A DNA stretch of 64,000 bases from positions 38,646 through 102,645 of the forward strand of contig CAZOQA010000001.1 in assembly GCA_964581775.1 (NCBI GenBank). The letters are read 5' to 3'. This document shows, piece after piece, positions 1 to 8,768 of the stretch (positions within the stretch are counted from its first letter, which is position 1; each line of letters starts with the position of its first letter). The translations under genes and the position numbers were made by a program. Under the pieces are notes generated by a model, which did no database searches, was not told the origin of the DNA, and saw only the letters and a list, made by a program, of their open reading frames with translations. This DNA is from an uncultured Thermoplasmatales archaeon (GTDB lineage: Archaea; Thermoplasmatota; SW-10-69-26).

Positions 1-147
1 CAAGACCAAGCCCTCAACCTCGACGACGTCGTCGACGAGGCCCAGCCCGGCCCCTGGACCCTCCACCTCGACGTGCCCCCCGAGGTCAGCTTCTTCCTCG
101 ACATCCAAGGCGTCTGGTCCGAGACGCGCCAGGTCGACTACCGATGA
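1..147 (+). CDS. 3' end of an unidentified CDS, truncated by the window start
   Basis: Open frame from position 1 to TGA at 145-147 with acidic composition (QDQALNLDDVVDEAQPGPWTLHLDVPPEVSFFLDIQGVWSETRQVDYR). No recognisable domain. Confidence 0.3.
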   Translation, partial: QDQALNLDDVVDEAQPGPWTLHLDVPPEVSFFLDIQGVWSETRQVDYR

Positions 148-466
148 CCCCCCTCGGGTGTGCGGTCCACGTCACCGTGTCGCGGGGGGCGGGGCCGAAA
201 ACCTGATGGGGGGCACCGGTTCTGGCCCCCGCTGAGGAGGAGATCGACTGGCGGAACTTTCCCAAGCGTACGGCTCGACCGAAGCGATCAACAACTACCA
301 CACCGAGCAGATCGGACGGGTCGATGCCACCAAGGACCTGACCCCCAGCCAGCTCGAGGCCCTCCTCGCGGAGGTCGAACCCTACCTCGAGCACCAGACC
401 ACCAAACGCTGGGACGCGAACATCAACGGGATCCTCGTCCGCCTCGTCACCAACAGCGAGCACCAG

Positions 467-1444
467 ATGGACTTCTGGACCGACAACTGGTGGCCCGGGC
501 CCAACGACCGATCCATCCTCCCACACGGGTTCATCTACAGCGTGCAAGGCGTCCCCAACCGGGACCCGCACGCCTACTACTGCCCCGAACGCCAAACCGC
601 CGTGTTCGTCAACACCGAGTACTACGGGCAATGCAAATCCTGGGCCCTCGGCCTGGCCGCGCAAGCCCTCGAGCGCGACTTCAATACGCACAGCATCCAC
701 GGAGCCTGCGCCGAGATCGACGGGAAAGGCATCGTGCTCGTAGCGCCCACAGGCACCGGGAAGACCACCCAGGTCAACAAGCTCTTCCAACACCCCGAGG
801 GGCGCATCATCGGGGACGACTGGATCTACATCCACCACCCCGGGGACAGCGAAAGCCAAGCCCCCCTCACCGTCACGCAACCCGAACGCAGCCTCTACGT
901 TCGCACCGAGAACGCTGAAGAAGAGGACTGGCTGCGCCCCATCTTCCGCGAGTGCAAGCTCGAGAACGTGCCCACCGACCCCAGCGAGTGCCACCACGAC
1001 GCGGACGAAGACTGCCAGATCAAAGACCACGGCGAGGACTACTGCCTGTGGGGCTTCGGGAACAGCCGCGCCATCATCCCCCGCGAAGCCATGCTCGGCC
1101 CGGATAAGGTCGCCGACCAAGCCCCCCTGAACCTCGTCGTGCTCCTGCGACGCGACGAAGGGAAACCCGCCGAGGTGTGGCTCGACGCAGACGAAGCCGT
1201 CGAGGTCCTCAAGGACGGACGCTACCAGATTCGACCCGGCGCCGGGCCCAAGGAAGCCTGGGGCACCTACGACAACGAACCCTGGTACAACCCCTACCTT
1301 CTCAAGCCCGACCACGACGCGCAAGCCGACTACTTCCGCGCCGAGGTCGAGAAAAGCGCCTGCGTGCTCCTCAACACGGCCCCCGAGGAAGAGACGATCC
1401 AGCGCACCTACAAGCGGATCCTCAACGCCGTCGAGAAAGCATAA
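467..1444 (+). CDS. PEPCK/HprK-fold P-loop protein, short 325-aa form
   Basis: HSIHGACAEIDGKGIVLVAPTGTGKTTQVN followed by RIIGDDW closely matches the ATP-PEPCK kinase-1a region ([33 protein letters not shown]). FGNSRAIIPREA resembles PEPCK TENTRVSYP. The N-terminal PEPCK domain is absent. The upstream in-frame region (236-466) is open but has no start codon. The antisense ORF 86..1324 is Val/Gly-rich and treated as an artefact. Confidence 0.5.
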   Translation: MDFWTDNWWPGPNDRSILPHGFIYSVQGVPNRDPHAYYCPERQTAVFVNTEYYGQCKSWALGLAAQALERDFNTHSIHGACAEIDGKGIVLVAPTGTGKTTQVNKLFQHPEGRIIGDDWIYIHHPGDSESQAPLTVTQPERSLYVRTENAEEEDWLRPIFRECKLENVPTDPSECHHDADEDCQIKDHGEDYCLWGFGNSRAIIPREAMLGPDKVADQAPLNLVVLLRRDEGKPAEVWLDADEAVEVLKDGRYQIRPGAGPKEAWGTYDNEPWYNPYLLKPDHDAQADYFRAEVEKSACVLLNTAPEEETIQRTYKRILNAVEKA

Positions 1445-1462
1445 CGAGCCCGCAGGACCGGG

Positions 1463-2563
1463 TCAGGGAAGCAGCCCCGCGTCCGTGAGCTCCCACGTGA
1501 CCAGCTCCACCGGCACGCCCGCGCTGGCCGCGTACGAGAGCGCCGGTTGCACGAGCACCACGCCGTTCGCGCCGGCCTCCGGGGCGAACCGCACCGTGTT
1601 GAGCACGCCCAAGGCCTCCCCAGAGTTCAACAGCACGCCGCTTCCCGAATCCCCCGGCAAGCCAGGCGGTGCCCCGTACATGACGGCAGACCACGACCCG
1701 CTGCTCACGAGGTACCCCTCGTTGGCCTGAACTTCCTCGACACCGGGGCGCAGGCTGCTCGATCCGTACCAGAGGACCTTGTCCCCGACGCCCGCATCGC
1801 CAGGCCCAGCCAAGCCCGTGGGGCCTCCGAACCCGAGCACGGCGGGGCTGACGTTCTCGCGCTCCGCGTCGGGGATGAGCACGAGCGCGAAATCGTTGAA
1901 GCGGCAGGCATCCTCGTTGGTCTCCTCGCTTTGCTGCATCTCGTGCCAGGATGAGTACACGAGGACCCCCGGCTCCGAGGCCCCCTGGATGTTCACTTCG
2001 GCTCCGGGCTCAAGCGGGTCCACGTTCTCATCGCACCCGTTCGTGCTCGTGTCCTCGGCGTCCGCGAAGCAGTGGGCGGCCGTGCCCAGCATGAGGGACG
2101 CGTTGTCGTGGGTGCGGTAGAGGAAGTTGGAGGTGCACGATCCTCCTTGGCTGGAGATTTGAACGCCGGGTCGGATGCTGGCATCCTCGGGGGACGGCCA
2201 GGGGGGATGGTCGTCCTGGGGATCCGCGTCTTGGTCGTCGTCCTCTTCGGATCCTTCCTCGTCCTCGTCGCCGTTGTCCTCGTCTCCGGCGTCGTCCTCG
2301 TCGTCGCCCTGGTCGTCTCCGTCGTCCGAGCCGTCCTCGTCGCTCGAACCGTCCTCGTCCTCGTCCGGGGGCGTTGGGTCGCTTGTGGGTTCGGGGTCTT
2401 GCCCCGGCTGGGGGTCTTCCGTGAGGGAGATGCAGCCGGCCATCGCGAGGGCGAGGGCGAGCGCAAGGACCCATCCGGGGCGCGAGGTCACGCCCCCAAC
2501 GCGTCGTTTGGAGGCCTTGAACCCTTTGGTAGGATCCTTCATCTGTCCCAGCGCGGGGTTCAA
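1463..2563 (-). CDS. secreted trypsin-like (S1) serine protease lipoprotein with long acidic linker
   Basis: His motif LGTAAHCF and Ser motif GDSGSG of chymotrypsin-fold proteases. N-terminal signal with lipobox LAMAGC. About 48 residues of D/E-rich low complexity (DEDEDGSSDEDGSDDGDDQGDDEDD...). The start could also be M8 at 2542. Confidence 0.75.
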   Translation of the reverse strand: MNPALGQMKDPTKGFKASKRRVGGVTSRPGWVLALALALAMAGCISLTEDPQPGQDPEPTSDPTPPDEDEDGSSDEDGSDDGDDQGDDEDDAGDEDNGDEDEEGSEEDDDQDADPQDDHPPWPSPEDASIRPGVQISSQGGSCTSNFLYRTHDNASLMLGTAAHCFADAEDTSTNGCDENVDPLEPGAEVNIQGASEPGVLVYSSWHEMQQSEETNEDACRFNDFALVLIPDAERENVSPAVLGFGGPTGLAGPGDAGVGDKVLWYGSSSLRPGVEEVQANEGYLVSSGSWSAVMYGAPPGLPGDSGSGVLLNSGEALGVLNTVRFAPEAGANGVVLVQPALSYAASAGVPVELVTWELTDAGLLP

Positions 2564-2589
2564 GCGTCAAAACTTGCAAGAACTCCCCG

Positions 2590-3222
2590 GTGCGTGGAGC
2601 CTTGATGGCGCCGCTGGCGGCCAGGACGGCTTCGCACGGGGACGTGGACGCGATCGTGGAGCTCAACGAGCGGGTCTTCCAGCGGGCCAAGATGACGGGG
2701 TGGGAACGCCACCACGTCGAGGCGCACCTGGACACCTTCCAGGAGGGCCAGCTCGTGGTGGAGATCGACGACGCCATCGTCGCCTCCTCGACGAGCCTCC
2801 TCGTGCCCAAAGGCACCCTCGAGGACCCCCACACGTGGATGAGCATCACGGGAGGCGCCGAGCTTCCCCACCACGCCCCCGACGGGGATGTCCTCTACGG
2901 GCTTGAGATCATGGTCCACCCGGACGCCCGGGGGTGGGGCCTTTCCCAGATGCTCTACCGGGCGCGCAAGGTCCTCGCCCGCAAGCGCGGCCTCTGGGGC
3001 GTCGCCATCGGGGGCCGCATGCCGGGATACGATCAAGCCACGCGCAAGCGGCCCCACCTGCCCCCCGAGCGCTACGTGGACCAGGTCCAGGCGGGCGACC
3101 GCACCGATCCCGTGCTCACCCCCCAGCTCTCCGCTGGCTTCACGCCAGAACGCGTGCTGGAGAACTACGTGATCGACCCTCCCAGCCAGCACCACGCCGC
3201 GCTGCTGGTCTGGGAAGCTTAA
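2590..3222 (+). CDS. GNAT family N-acetyltransferase
   Basis: GLEIMVHPDARGWGLSQMLY matches the GNAT motif A region (acetyl-CoA-binding R/Q-x-x-G-x-G/A). Size 210 aa. Divergent from the protease gene. Confidence 0.55.
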   Translation: MRGALMAPLAARTASHGDVDAIVELNERVFQRAKMTGWERHHVEAHLDTFQEGQLVVEIDDAIVASSTSLLVPKGTLEDPHTWMSITGGAELPHHAPDGDVLYGLEIMVHPDARGWGLSQMLYRARKVLARKRGLWGVAIGGRMPGYDQATRKRPHLPPERYVDQVQAGDRTDPVLTPQLSAGFTPERVLENYVIDPPSQHHAALLVWEA

Positions 3223-4601
3223 CCGTCCCCCTGATCCGTCTGGGAGGCATCCTCGTCCTCGGGTGGGGCCTGCTCGTCCTCCTCGGGGGGCTCCTCGTCC
3301 TCCATGGGTTCGGCCACGACCTCCCGGACGCGTCGGTCTGTGGCGCTCACAGCCGTCAACTCCCATTCCCCCACGCGCACGCGCTCGCCCGTCTCCGGGA
3401 CGCGCCCCAAGCGCTCCATCATGACGCCGGCCACGGTCGTCACGTCCGGGTCCGGGTGCGAAAGGCCCAGCACGTCGTCCACATCGTGCAAGGGAGCATC
3501 ACCCCGTACAAGGATGCGATCCCCGGGCAAGCGCACATGATCGCGCGTCTGCTCGTCGAACGCGTCCTCGATCTCGCCCACGAGCTCTTCGAGCAGATCC
3601 TCCGTCGTGACCAAACCCTCGGTGCCCCCGTGCTCGTCGGCGACGATCGCCATCTTGGCGTTCGCATCCAGCAAGGTCGCGACCGCCTGGTCGAGCGTGG
3701 CCGTCTCCGGGAGCACCACGGGCGGGTGCGCGAGGTCCAGCAGGACGCTTGCATCCTGCCCTGGCTCCAGGAACGCGATATCCTTGAGGTGCACGATGCC
3801 GGCCACGGAATCGATGTCCCCCCGGATCACGGGGAACCTGGCGAACCCCGACTCGCGCGCCCGCTCGATGTTCTCCTCAAGGGAATCCTCCAGGTTCAAC
3901 GCGACCATCTGCGTACGGTGCGTCATGATCTCACGCGTCGTCAAGCGTCGAAGCCAGAACACGTTCGAGAGCACGTCCCGAGCCAACGGCGAGGCCACCT
4001 GGGACTCCTCCATGCGGGAGACCAGTTGCTCGATCTCCTCGACCGTGTGCGCGGCCTCCGTGGCCCGATCCGTTCGGACACCGAGCAGGCGAAGGAACAG
4101 CAACGCGGACCCGTTGAAGAGCTTCATGAACGGCCAGGAGATGTAATAGAACGCGACCATCGGGCGCGCGATGCGCTTCGTGGTCCCCACCGGGTGGCGG
4201 ATGGACATGCTCTTGGGCATCAGTTCCCCGACGACGACGTGCGCGTACGTGATGATGCTGAACGCGACGATGAACGAGATCGACCGGACGACCGTCTCGC
4301 TCTCGATGCCGCCGGCCAACAAGACGGGCTCGATCAAGTGAGCCACGGCCGGCTCGCCCACCCACCCCAGGCCCAGGCTGGCCGCGGTGATGCCCAGTTG
4401 CGTGACGCCTAGGTACGCGTCCAGGTTCTCAAGGATCTTCTCGGCGACGACCCACGTCCGATCCCCCGCCTGCTTGAGGGCGTCCACCTGCGTGGAGCGG
4501 ATCTTCACGAGCGCGAACTCGGACGCGACGAAGAACCCGTTCAACAAGACCAACAGGACCGCTAGAAGCAGATAGACAAGGTCTAGGCCTAGCAGCGCCA
4601 C
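3219..4601 (-). CDS. corC: CNNM/CorC-HlyC family transporter (DUF21 + CBS pair + CorC_HlyC)
   Basis: N-terminal four-TM DUF21 region, a CBS pair (TREIMTHRTQMVAL...FPVIRGDIDSVAGIVHLKD) and a C-terminal transporter-associated domain, with an acidic tail. Typical hemolysin-type Mg/Co efflux architecture. Confidence 0.85.
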   Translation of the reverse strand: MALLGLDLVYLLLAVLLVLLNGFFVASEFALVKIRSTQVDALKQAGDRTWVVAEKILENLDAYLGVTQLGITAASLGLGWVGEPAVAHLIEPVLLAGGIESETVVRSISFIVAFSIITYAHVVVGELMPKSMSIRHPVGTTKRIARPMVAFYYISWPFMKLFNGSALLFLRLLGVRTDRATEAAHTVEEIEQLVSRMEESQVASPLARDVLSNVFWLRRLTTREIMTHRTQMVALNLEDSLEENIERARESGFARFPVIRGDIDSVAGIVHLKDIAFLEPGQDASVLLDLAHPPVVLPETATLDQAVATLLDANAKMAIVADEHGGTEGLVTTEDLLEELVGEIEDAFDEQTRDHVRLPGDRILVRGDAPLHDVDDVLGLSHPDPDVTTVAGVMMERLGRVPETGERVRVGEWELTAVSATDRRVREVVAEPMEDEEPPEEDEQAPPEDEDASQTDQGDG

Positions 4602-4666
4602 GCGCCTGGCATGCGGCGCTCACCATCAAAGGGGTTTCCCTTCCACGCGGACCGACGGCTGCCAAC

Positions 4667-5047
4667 CTACTCGCCGGCGTTCCCCTCTTCCAAGCGCCCG
4701 ATCACGTCCCCCGCCACCTCGAACGCCTCCGAGGCCCGAGCCAGCGCCCGCGAGGCCTGCCCCAGCGCCTCGACCGCGTCCACCCCGTCCCCGGTCAACG
4801 CCATGTCCAAACTCATGTCCGCGTTCTTGGCCTCCTCCGCTGCCTGTTGAGCCTCCTGCGCCAACCGAGCCAGCTCCTCATCCTCGGACCCGTAAGCGCG
4901 CCCCGCCAACCCCCCAACCAGCGAGAACGCGATGCGAGCCGTCAACCCCGCCTGCACGACCGCGTCCAGGATCACGCGCGCCTGCTGAGCATCCTCGATC
5001 GACGAGGACGGAACCTCCGGCGAAGACATCTCGCCCCCCACGCGCAT
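4667..5047 (-). CDS. hypothetical small acidic protein
   Basis: ORF with halophile-like composition and Ala/Glu-rich helices. Start ambiguous (M at 5083, 5047 or 5029). No recognisable domain. Confidence 0.3.
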   Translation of the reverse strand: MRVGGEMSSPEVPSSSIEDAQQARVILDAVVQAGLTARIAFSLVGGLAGRAYGSEDEELARLAQEAQQAAEEAKNADMSLDMALTGDGVDAVEALGQASRALARASEAFEVAGDVIGRLEEGNAGE

Positions 5048-5126
5048 GCCCCCGTTAAGCCTTGAGGGTCCCCCCTGCACCATGAAGGGGAAACCGCTTT
5101 ACCCAGCACGCCGCGTCCCCGCGCTG

Positions 5127-5813
5127 ATGGACACCGCCAACGACCCACGCCTGGCGGTCGCCGAGCGCGCGCTCGAGGACCTCAAGGACAGCCTCCAGCA
5201 CGGCCACATCAAAGCCCAGATCCCGCAAGGGGAAGCCATGGAGAACCTCGAGAAGGCCCTTGGCTCGCTCAAAGCGGTCAAGTACTCGTACGCCGAGCCC
5301 AAGAATCTCATCCAGATGCAACCCTTCCAAGAGCTTGTGGACGCGGCTGACCACGTCGAAGAGCTGCTCGGGGGGGACGCGTTCCACGAGGAGATCGACG
5401 AGAAGCCACTGGCCGTGGCGCAGGCCCGATGGGCGATCGACACGGTCGCCTCGCTTGAGGATCGCCTGCTTTTGCCCGGGGACGAACTCGAGCTGGCCGT
5501 GGACGCGCGAAAGGGCCGCGTGGTGACCGTGTCCGAGCATCCTGAAGCGGACGATCTCGTGGTCACGCGCGTGGCGGCTGGGCGGGGTCTGACGGTCGTG
5601 ACGAACGATGCGAGCGTGAGTCAGGACGACGAGGTGGGCGTGGCGTTCTTGGCCCCCACGGATTTGCGAGGCGTGATCAGCGAGGGCATGTTCCTCGGGG
5701 CTGACGAGGGCGTGCTCACCAGCGTGGAGGAGGGCCCGCATGGGCGCCCGGACGTGCCCGAGGAGGCCTACCACGAGACGCGCAACATGCTCGCCGCGTA
5801 CCTGGAGGCGTAA
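5127..5813 (+). CDS. tRNA-binding (Trbp111/CsaA/EMAP-type OB-fold) domain protein
   Basis: C-terminal region RKGRVVTVSEHPEADDLVVTRVAAGRGLTVVTNDASVSQDDEVGVAFLAPTDLRGVISEGMFLG matches the tRNA_bind OB domain (K-x-G-x-V...HP-x-AD-x-L...V...R-G-V-x-S-x-GM). Start taken at M28 (5127) to avoid overlap with the upstream gene. Confidence 0.55.
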   Translation: MDTANDPRLAVAERALEDLKDSLQHGHIKAQIPQGEAMENLEKALGSLKAVKYSYAEPKNLIQMQPFQELVDAADHVEELLGGDAFHEEIDEKPLAVAQARWAIDTVASLEDRLLLPGDELELAVDARKGRVVTVSEHPEADDLVVTRVAAGRGLTVVTNDASVSQDDEVGVAFLAPTDLRGVISEGMFLGADEGVLTSVEEGPHGRPDVPEEAYHETRNMLAAYLEA

Positions 5814-5825
5814 GACCCGCGCGCG

Positions 5826-8621
5826 TCAGAGGCCCTTGGCTTCGCGAAGCGTGTCCCGCAGGGCCTTGTGCAGCACGCCGCCGTTCTTGACGTACTTCAC
5901 GTGCGCGGGCGTTTGCAACCTGGCTTGGGCCGTGAACTCGGTGACCTCGCCCGTATCGGAATCCTCCGCGGTGACGCGGTGCTGGCTGTTCACACCCAGC
6001 TCGTCCAACCCGTGGAGGGTGTAGGCTTCGGTCCCGTCCAATCCTAGGCTCTGGTACGTGTCGCCGTTGGTGAATTGGAGGGGGATCACGCCCATCCCGA
6101 TGCAGTTGTCGCGGTAGATGCGCTCGTAACTGGCGGCGAGCGTGGCCTTGATGCCTAGAAGGTCGGTGCCTTTGGCGGCCCAGTCGCGGCTGGAGCCCGT
6201 GCCGAGCTCTTCGCCGGCCAGGATGACCAGAGGCGTGCCATCCTCCTGGTAGCGTTGGCTGGCTTCGAACATGGTCATGGTCTGCTCGGTGGGATGGTGG
6301 ACGGTGAATCCGCCCTCGATGTCCTCGTCGAGCAACCGGTTTTTGATGCGCACGTTCGCGAACGTGCCGCGCATCATGACCTCGTGGTTCCCGCGGCGGG
6401 CTCCGTACGTGTTGAACGCGTCCGGGTCGACGCCGTGGTCCATCAGCCACTGCCCGGCGGGCACGTCCTCGCCGAAGGGGCCGGCGGGGCTGATGTGGTC
6501 CGTGGTGAGCGTGTCGCCGAAGACGCCCAACACGCGCGCGTCCTGGATGTTGCTGACGCCGGGCTCTTCGAGGGGCATGTCCTTGAAGAACGGGGGCTCG
6601 CGGATGTACGTGGACTCGGGGTCCCAATCGTACGTGTCCCCGGTGGGGGCCTCGAGCGCATCCCAGCGCTTGTCGCCCTCGAACACGTCCCCGTACTTGT
6701 CCTCGAACATGGACGCGTCGACCGCGGTCTTCATGACCTCGCGGATCTCCTCGTGGCTGGGCCAGATGTCCTCCAGGAACACGGGCTCCCCGTCGGGGTC
6801 GTGCCCGAGGGGTTCCTCGGTGAGGTCGATGTCCATGCGGCCGGCGATGCCGAACGCGACGACCAGCGGCGGCGAGGCGAGGTAGTTCGCCTTGATCTTC
6901 GGGTGGATGCGGGCTTCGAAGTTCCGGTTCCCGCTGAGCACGCTGGCAGCCCACAAATCGCCTTCCTCGATCGCGTCCTGGACCTCCTTGGGCAGAGGCC
7001 CGCTGTTCCCGATGCAGGTCGTGCACCCGTACCCGACCGTGTAGTAGCCTAGCTTTTCCAGGTACGTGAGCAGGCCGGATTCCTCGAGGTACTCGGTGAC
7101 GACCTTGCTGCCGGGTGCCAGGCTCGTTTTCACGTACGGGGGCACTTGAAGCCCCTTCTCGACCGCGTTCTTGGCCAACAGGCCGGCGCCGAGCATGACG
7201 GTGGGGTTGCTCGTGTTCGTGCAGCTGGTGATGGCGCTGACGACGACGCTCCCGTGCGTGAGCTCGTACTCTTCAGGACCGTCCGTGACCGGGACGCGCC
7301 GCGTGAGTTGGCCCAGCTTGGGGGGCTCGTCGAGGTCCTCGCTGGGCATGCTTTGAGCGGGGTGCCCGCCGTCCTCGCGCCACCGGTCGATGGCTTCCTC
7401 TTCCACGTCGACCTGGTCGGCGAACTGGTCGTGGATCAGCCCGCGGAAGTGCGTGTCCATGGCGTGCATCTCGATGCGCTGGTCGGGCTCCTTGGGCCCG
7501 GCCAGGCTGGGCGTGACGCTGGACAGGTCCATCTCGACGGTCTCGGTGTACTCGGGTTCTTGCTCGCCGAAGAGGCCCTGGTGTTCGAGGTACTCGCGCA
7601 CGAGCTGGATGTGCTCGGCGTCGCGACCGGTGCGTTCGAGGTAGTCCAGCGTGGCTTCGTCCGGGGGGAACACGCTGATGGTGGACCCTTGCTCGGGTGC
7701 CATGTTCGCGATGGTGGCGCGATCCTCGACCGTGAGCGTGGACAACCCGGGTCCGAAGAACTCGACGAAGCGGTCCACGACGCCGACGTCACGGAGCTTC
7801 TCGGTCACGTGCAGGACGAGGTCCGTGGCGGTGGCGCCTTCGGGGAGTTGGCCGGTCAGGCGTACGCCGACGACCTCGGGCAGCGCCATCGAGATGGGTT
7901 GGCCCAGGATGCCGCTTTCGGCATCGATGCCGCCCACGCCCCACCCTACGACGCCGATGCCGCCGATCATGGGCGTGTGGCTGTCGGTGCCCACGAGCGT
8001 GTCCGGGTACGCCCAGGCGTCCCCGTCGACCGTGTCCTCGTGCACGACGCGTCCTAGGTACTCGAGGTTGACTTGGTGCACGATGCCGGTGCCGGGGGGG
8101 ACCACGTCGAACTTGTCGAAGGCTTGCTGGGCCCACTTGAGGGCCTTGTAGCGTTCCGCGTTGCGCTCGTACTCCTTCTCTACGTTGAGATCGAAGGCTT
8201 CCTCGGTGCCGAAGTAGTCGACTTGCACGCTGTGGTCGATGACCAGGTCGATGGGGACCTTGGGCTCCACGATGGTGGGGTCCTCGCCTTTGCGTTCGAC
8301 CTCGCTTCTGAGCGCTGCGAGGTCCACGACGGCGGGGACGCCGGTGAGGTCCTGGAGCACGACGCGGGAGGGTTGGAAGGGCACGGCCACATCCGGCACG
8401 TCCGGCTGCCAGGAGGCCACGTTCTCGACGTGCTCCCAGGTGACGTCGTCGCCGTCCACGTTCCGGGCGACGGCTTCCAAGAGGATGCGGATGCTGTACG
8501 GGAGCTTGTCGAGCTGGCACAGCCCCGCGTCTTCGAGCGCGTTCAGATCTACGATGTTGTACGCTTGGTCTCCCACGCTAAGCGTGGAGAGGGCACCGTA
8601 GGGATCCTCTGAGGGCGGCAT
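5826..8621 (-). CDS. acnA: aconitate hydratase A
   Basis: 931 aa. Canonical aconitase A/IRP-family sequence throughout (e.g. SVGDQAYNIVDL..., TDSHTPMIGGIGVVGWGVGGIDAE, Cys ligands in ITSCTNTSNP and CIGNSGPL). Confidence 0.95.
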   Translation of the reverse strand: MPPSEDPYGALSTLSVGDQAYNIVDLNALEDAGLCQLDKLPYSIRILLEAVARNVDGDDVTWEHVENVASWQPDVPDVAVPFQPSRVVLQDLTGVPAVVDLAALRSEVERKGEDPTIVEPKVPIDLVIDHSVQVDYFGTEEAFDLNVEKEYERNAERYKALKWAQQAFDKFDVVPPGTGIVHQVNLEYLGRVVHEDTVDGDAWAYPDTLVGTDSHTPMIGGIGVVGWGVGGIDAESGILGQPISMALPEVVGVRLTGQLPEGATATDLVLHVTEKLRDVGVVDRFVEFFGPGLSTLTVEDRATIANMAPEQGSTISVFPPDEATLDYLERTGRDAEHIQLVREYLEHQGLFGEQEPEYTETVEMDLSSVTPSLAGPKEPDQRIEMHAMDTHFRGLIHDQFADQVDVEEEAIDRWREDGGHPAQSMPSEDLDEPPKLGQLTRRVPVTDGPEEYELTHGSVVVSAITSCTNTSNPTVMLGAGLLAKNAVEKGLQVPPYVKTSLAPGSKVVTEYLEESGLLTYLEKLGYYTVGYGCTTCIGNSGPLPKEVQDAIEEGDLWAASVLSGNRNFEARIHPKIKANYLASPPLVVAFGIAGRMDIDLTEEPLGHDPDGEPVFLEDIWPSHEEIREVMKTAVDASMFEDKYGDVFEGDKRWDALEAPTGDTYDWDPESTYIREPPFFKDMPLEEPGVSNIQDARVLGVFGDTLTTDHISPAGPFGEDVPAGQWLMDHGVDPDAFNTYGARRGNHEVMMRGTFANVRIKNRLLDEDIEGGFTVHHPTEQTMTMFEASQRYQEDGTPLVILAGEELGTGSSRDWAAKGTDLLGIKATLAASYERIYRDNCIGMGVIPLQFTNGDTYQSLGLDGTEAYTLHGLDELGVNSQHRVTAEDSDTGEVTEFTAQARLQTPAHVKYVKNGGVLHKALRDTLREAKGL

Positions 8622-8768
8622 CGTCGGCGTTGAAGGGTCCCGTCTAAAAGAAGCTTCGCCGATGGGCCCATGCTGGCCCGGGGCCAGTCGCGCCCGCGGA
8701 TCTTGTCCAAGCTCACGTTCCTCCCTTGAAGGACCCTCGCGTGGAAGCCTTCTACCAGGAGCACGGCC

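Noticed and set aside
86-1324. 412-aa minus-strand ORF antisense to the PEPCK-like gene
   Set aside because: Val/Gly/Ala-rich composition typical of antisense frames in high-GC DNA. The plus-strand frame carries a clear P-loop and PEPCK-like motifs.
5716-7026. 436-aa minus-strand Arg-rich ORF inside acnA
   Set aside because: It lies within the aconitase gene in a different frame, and the composition is about 25% Arg. Artefact.
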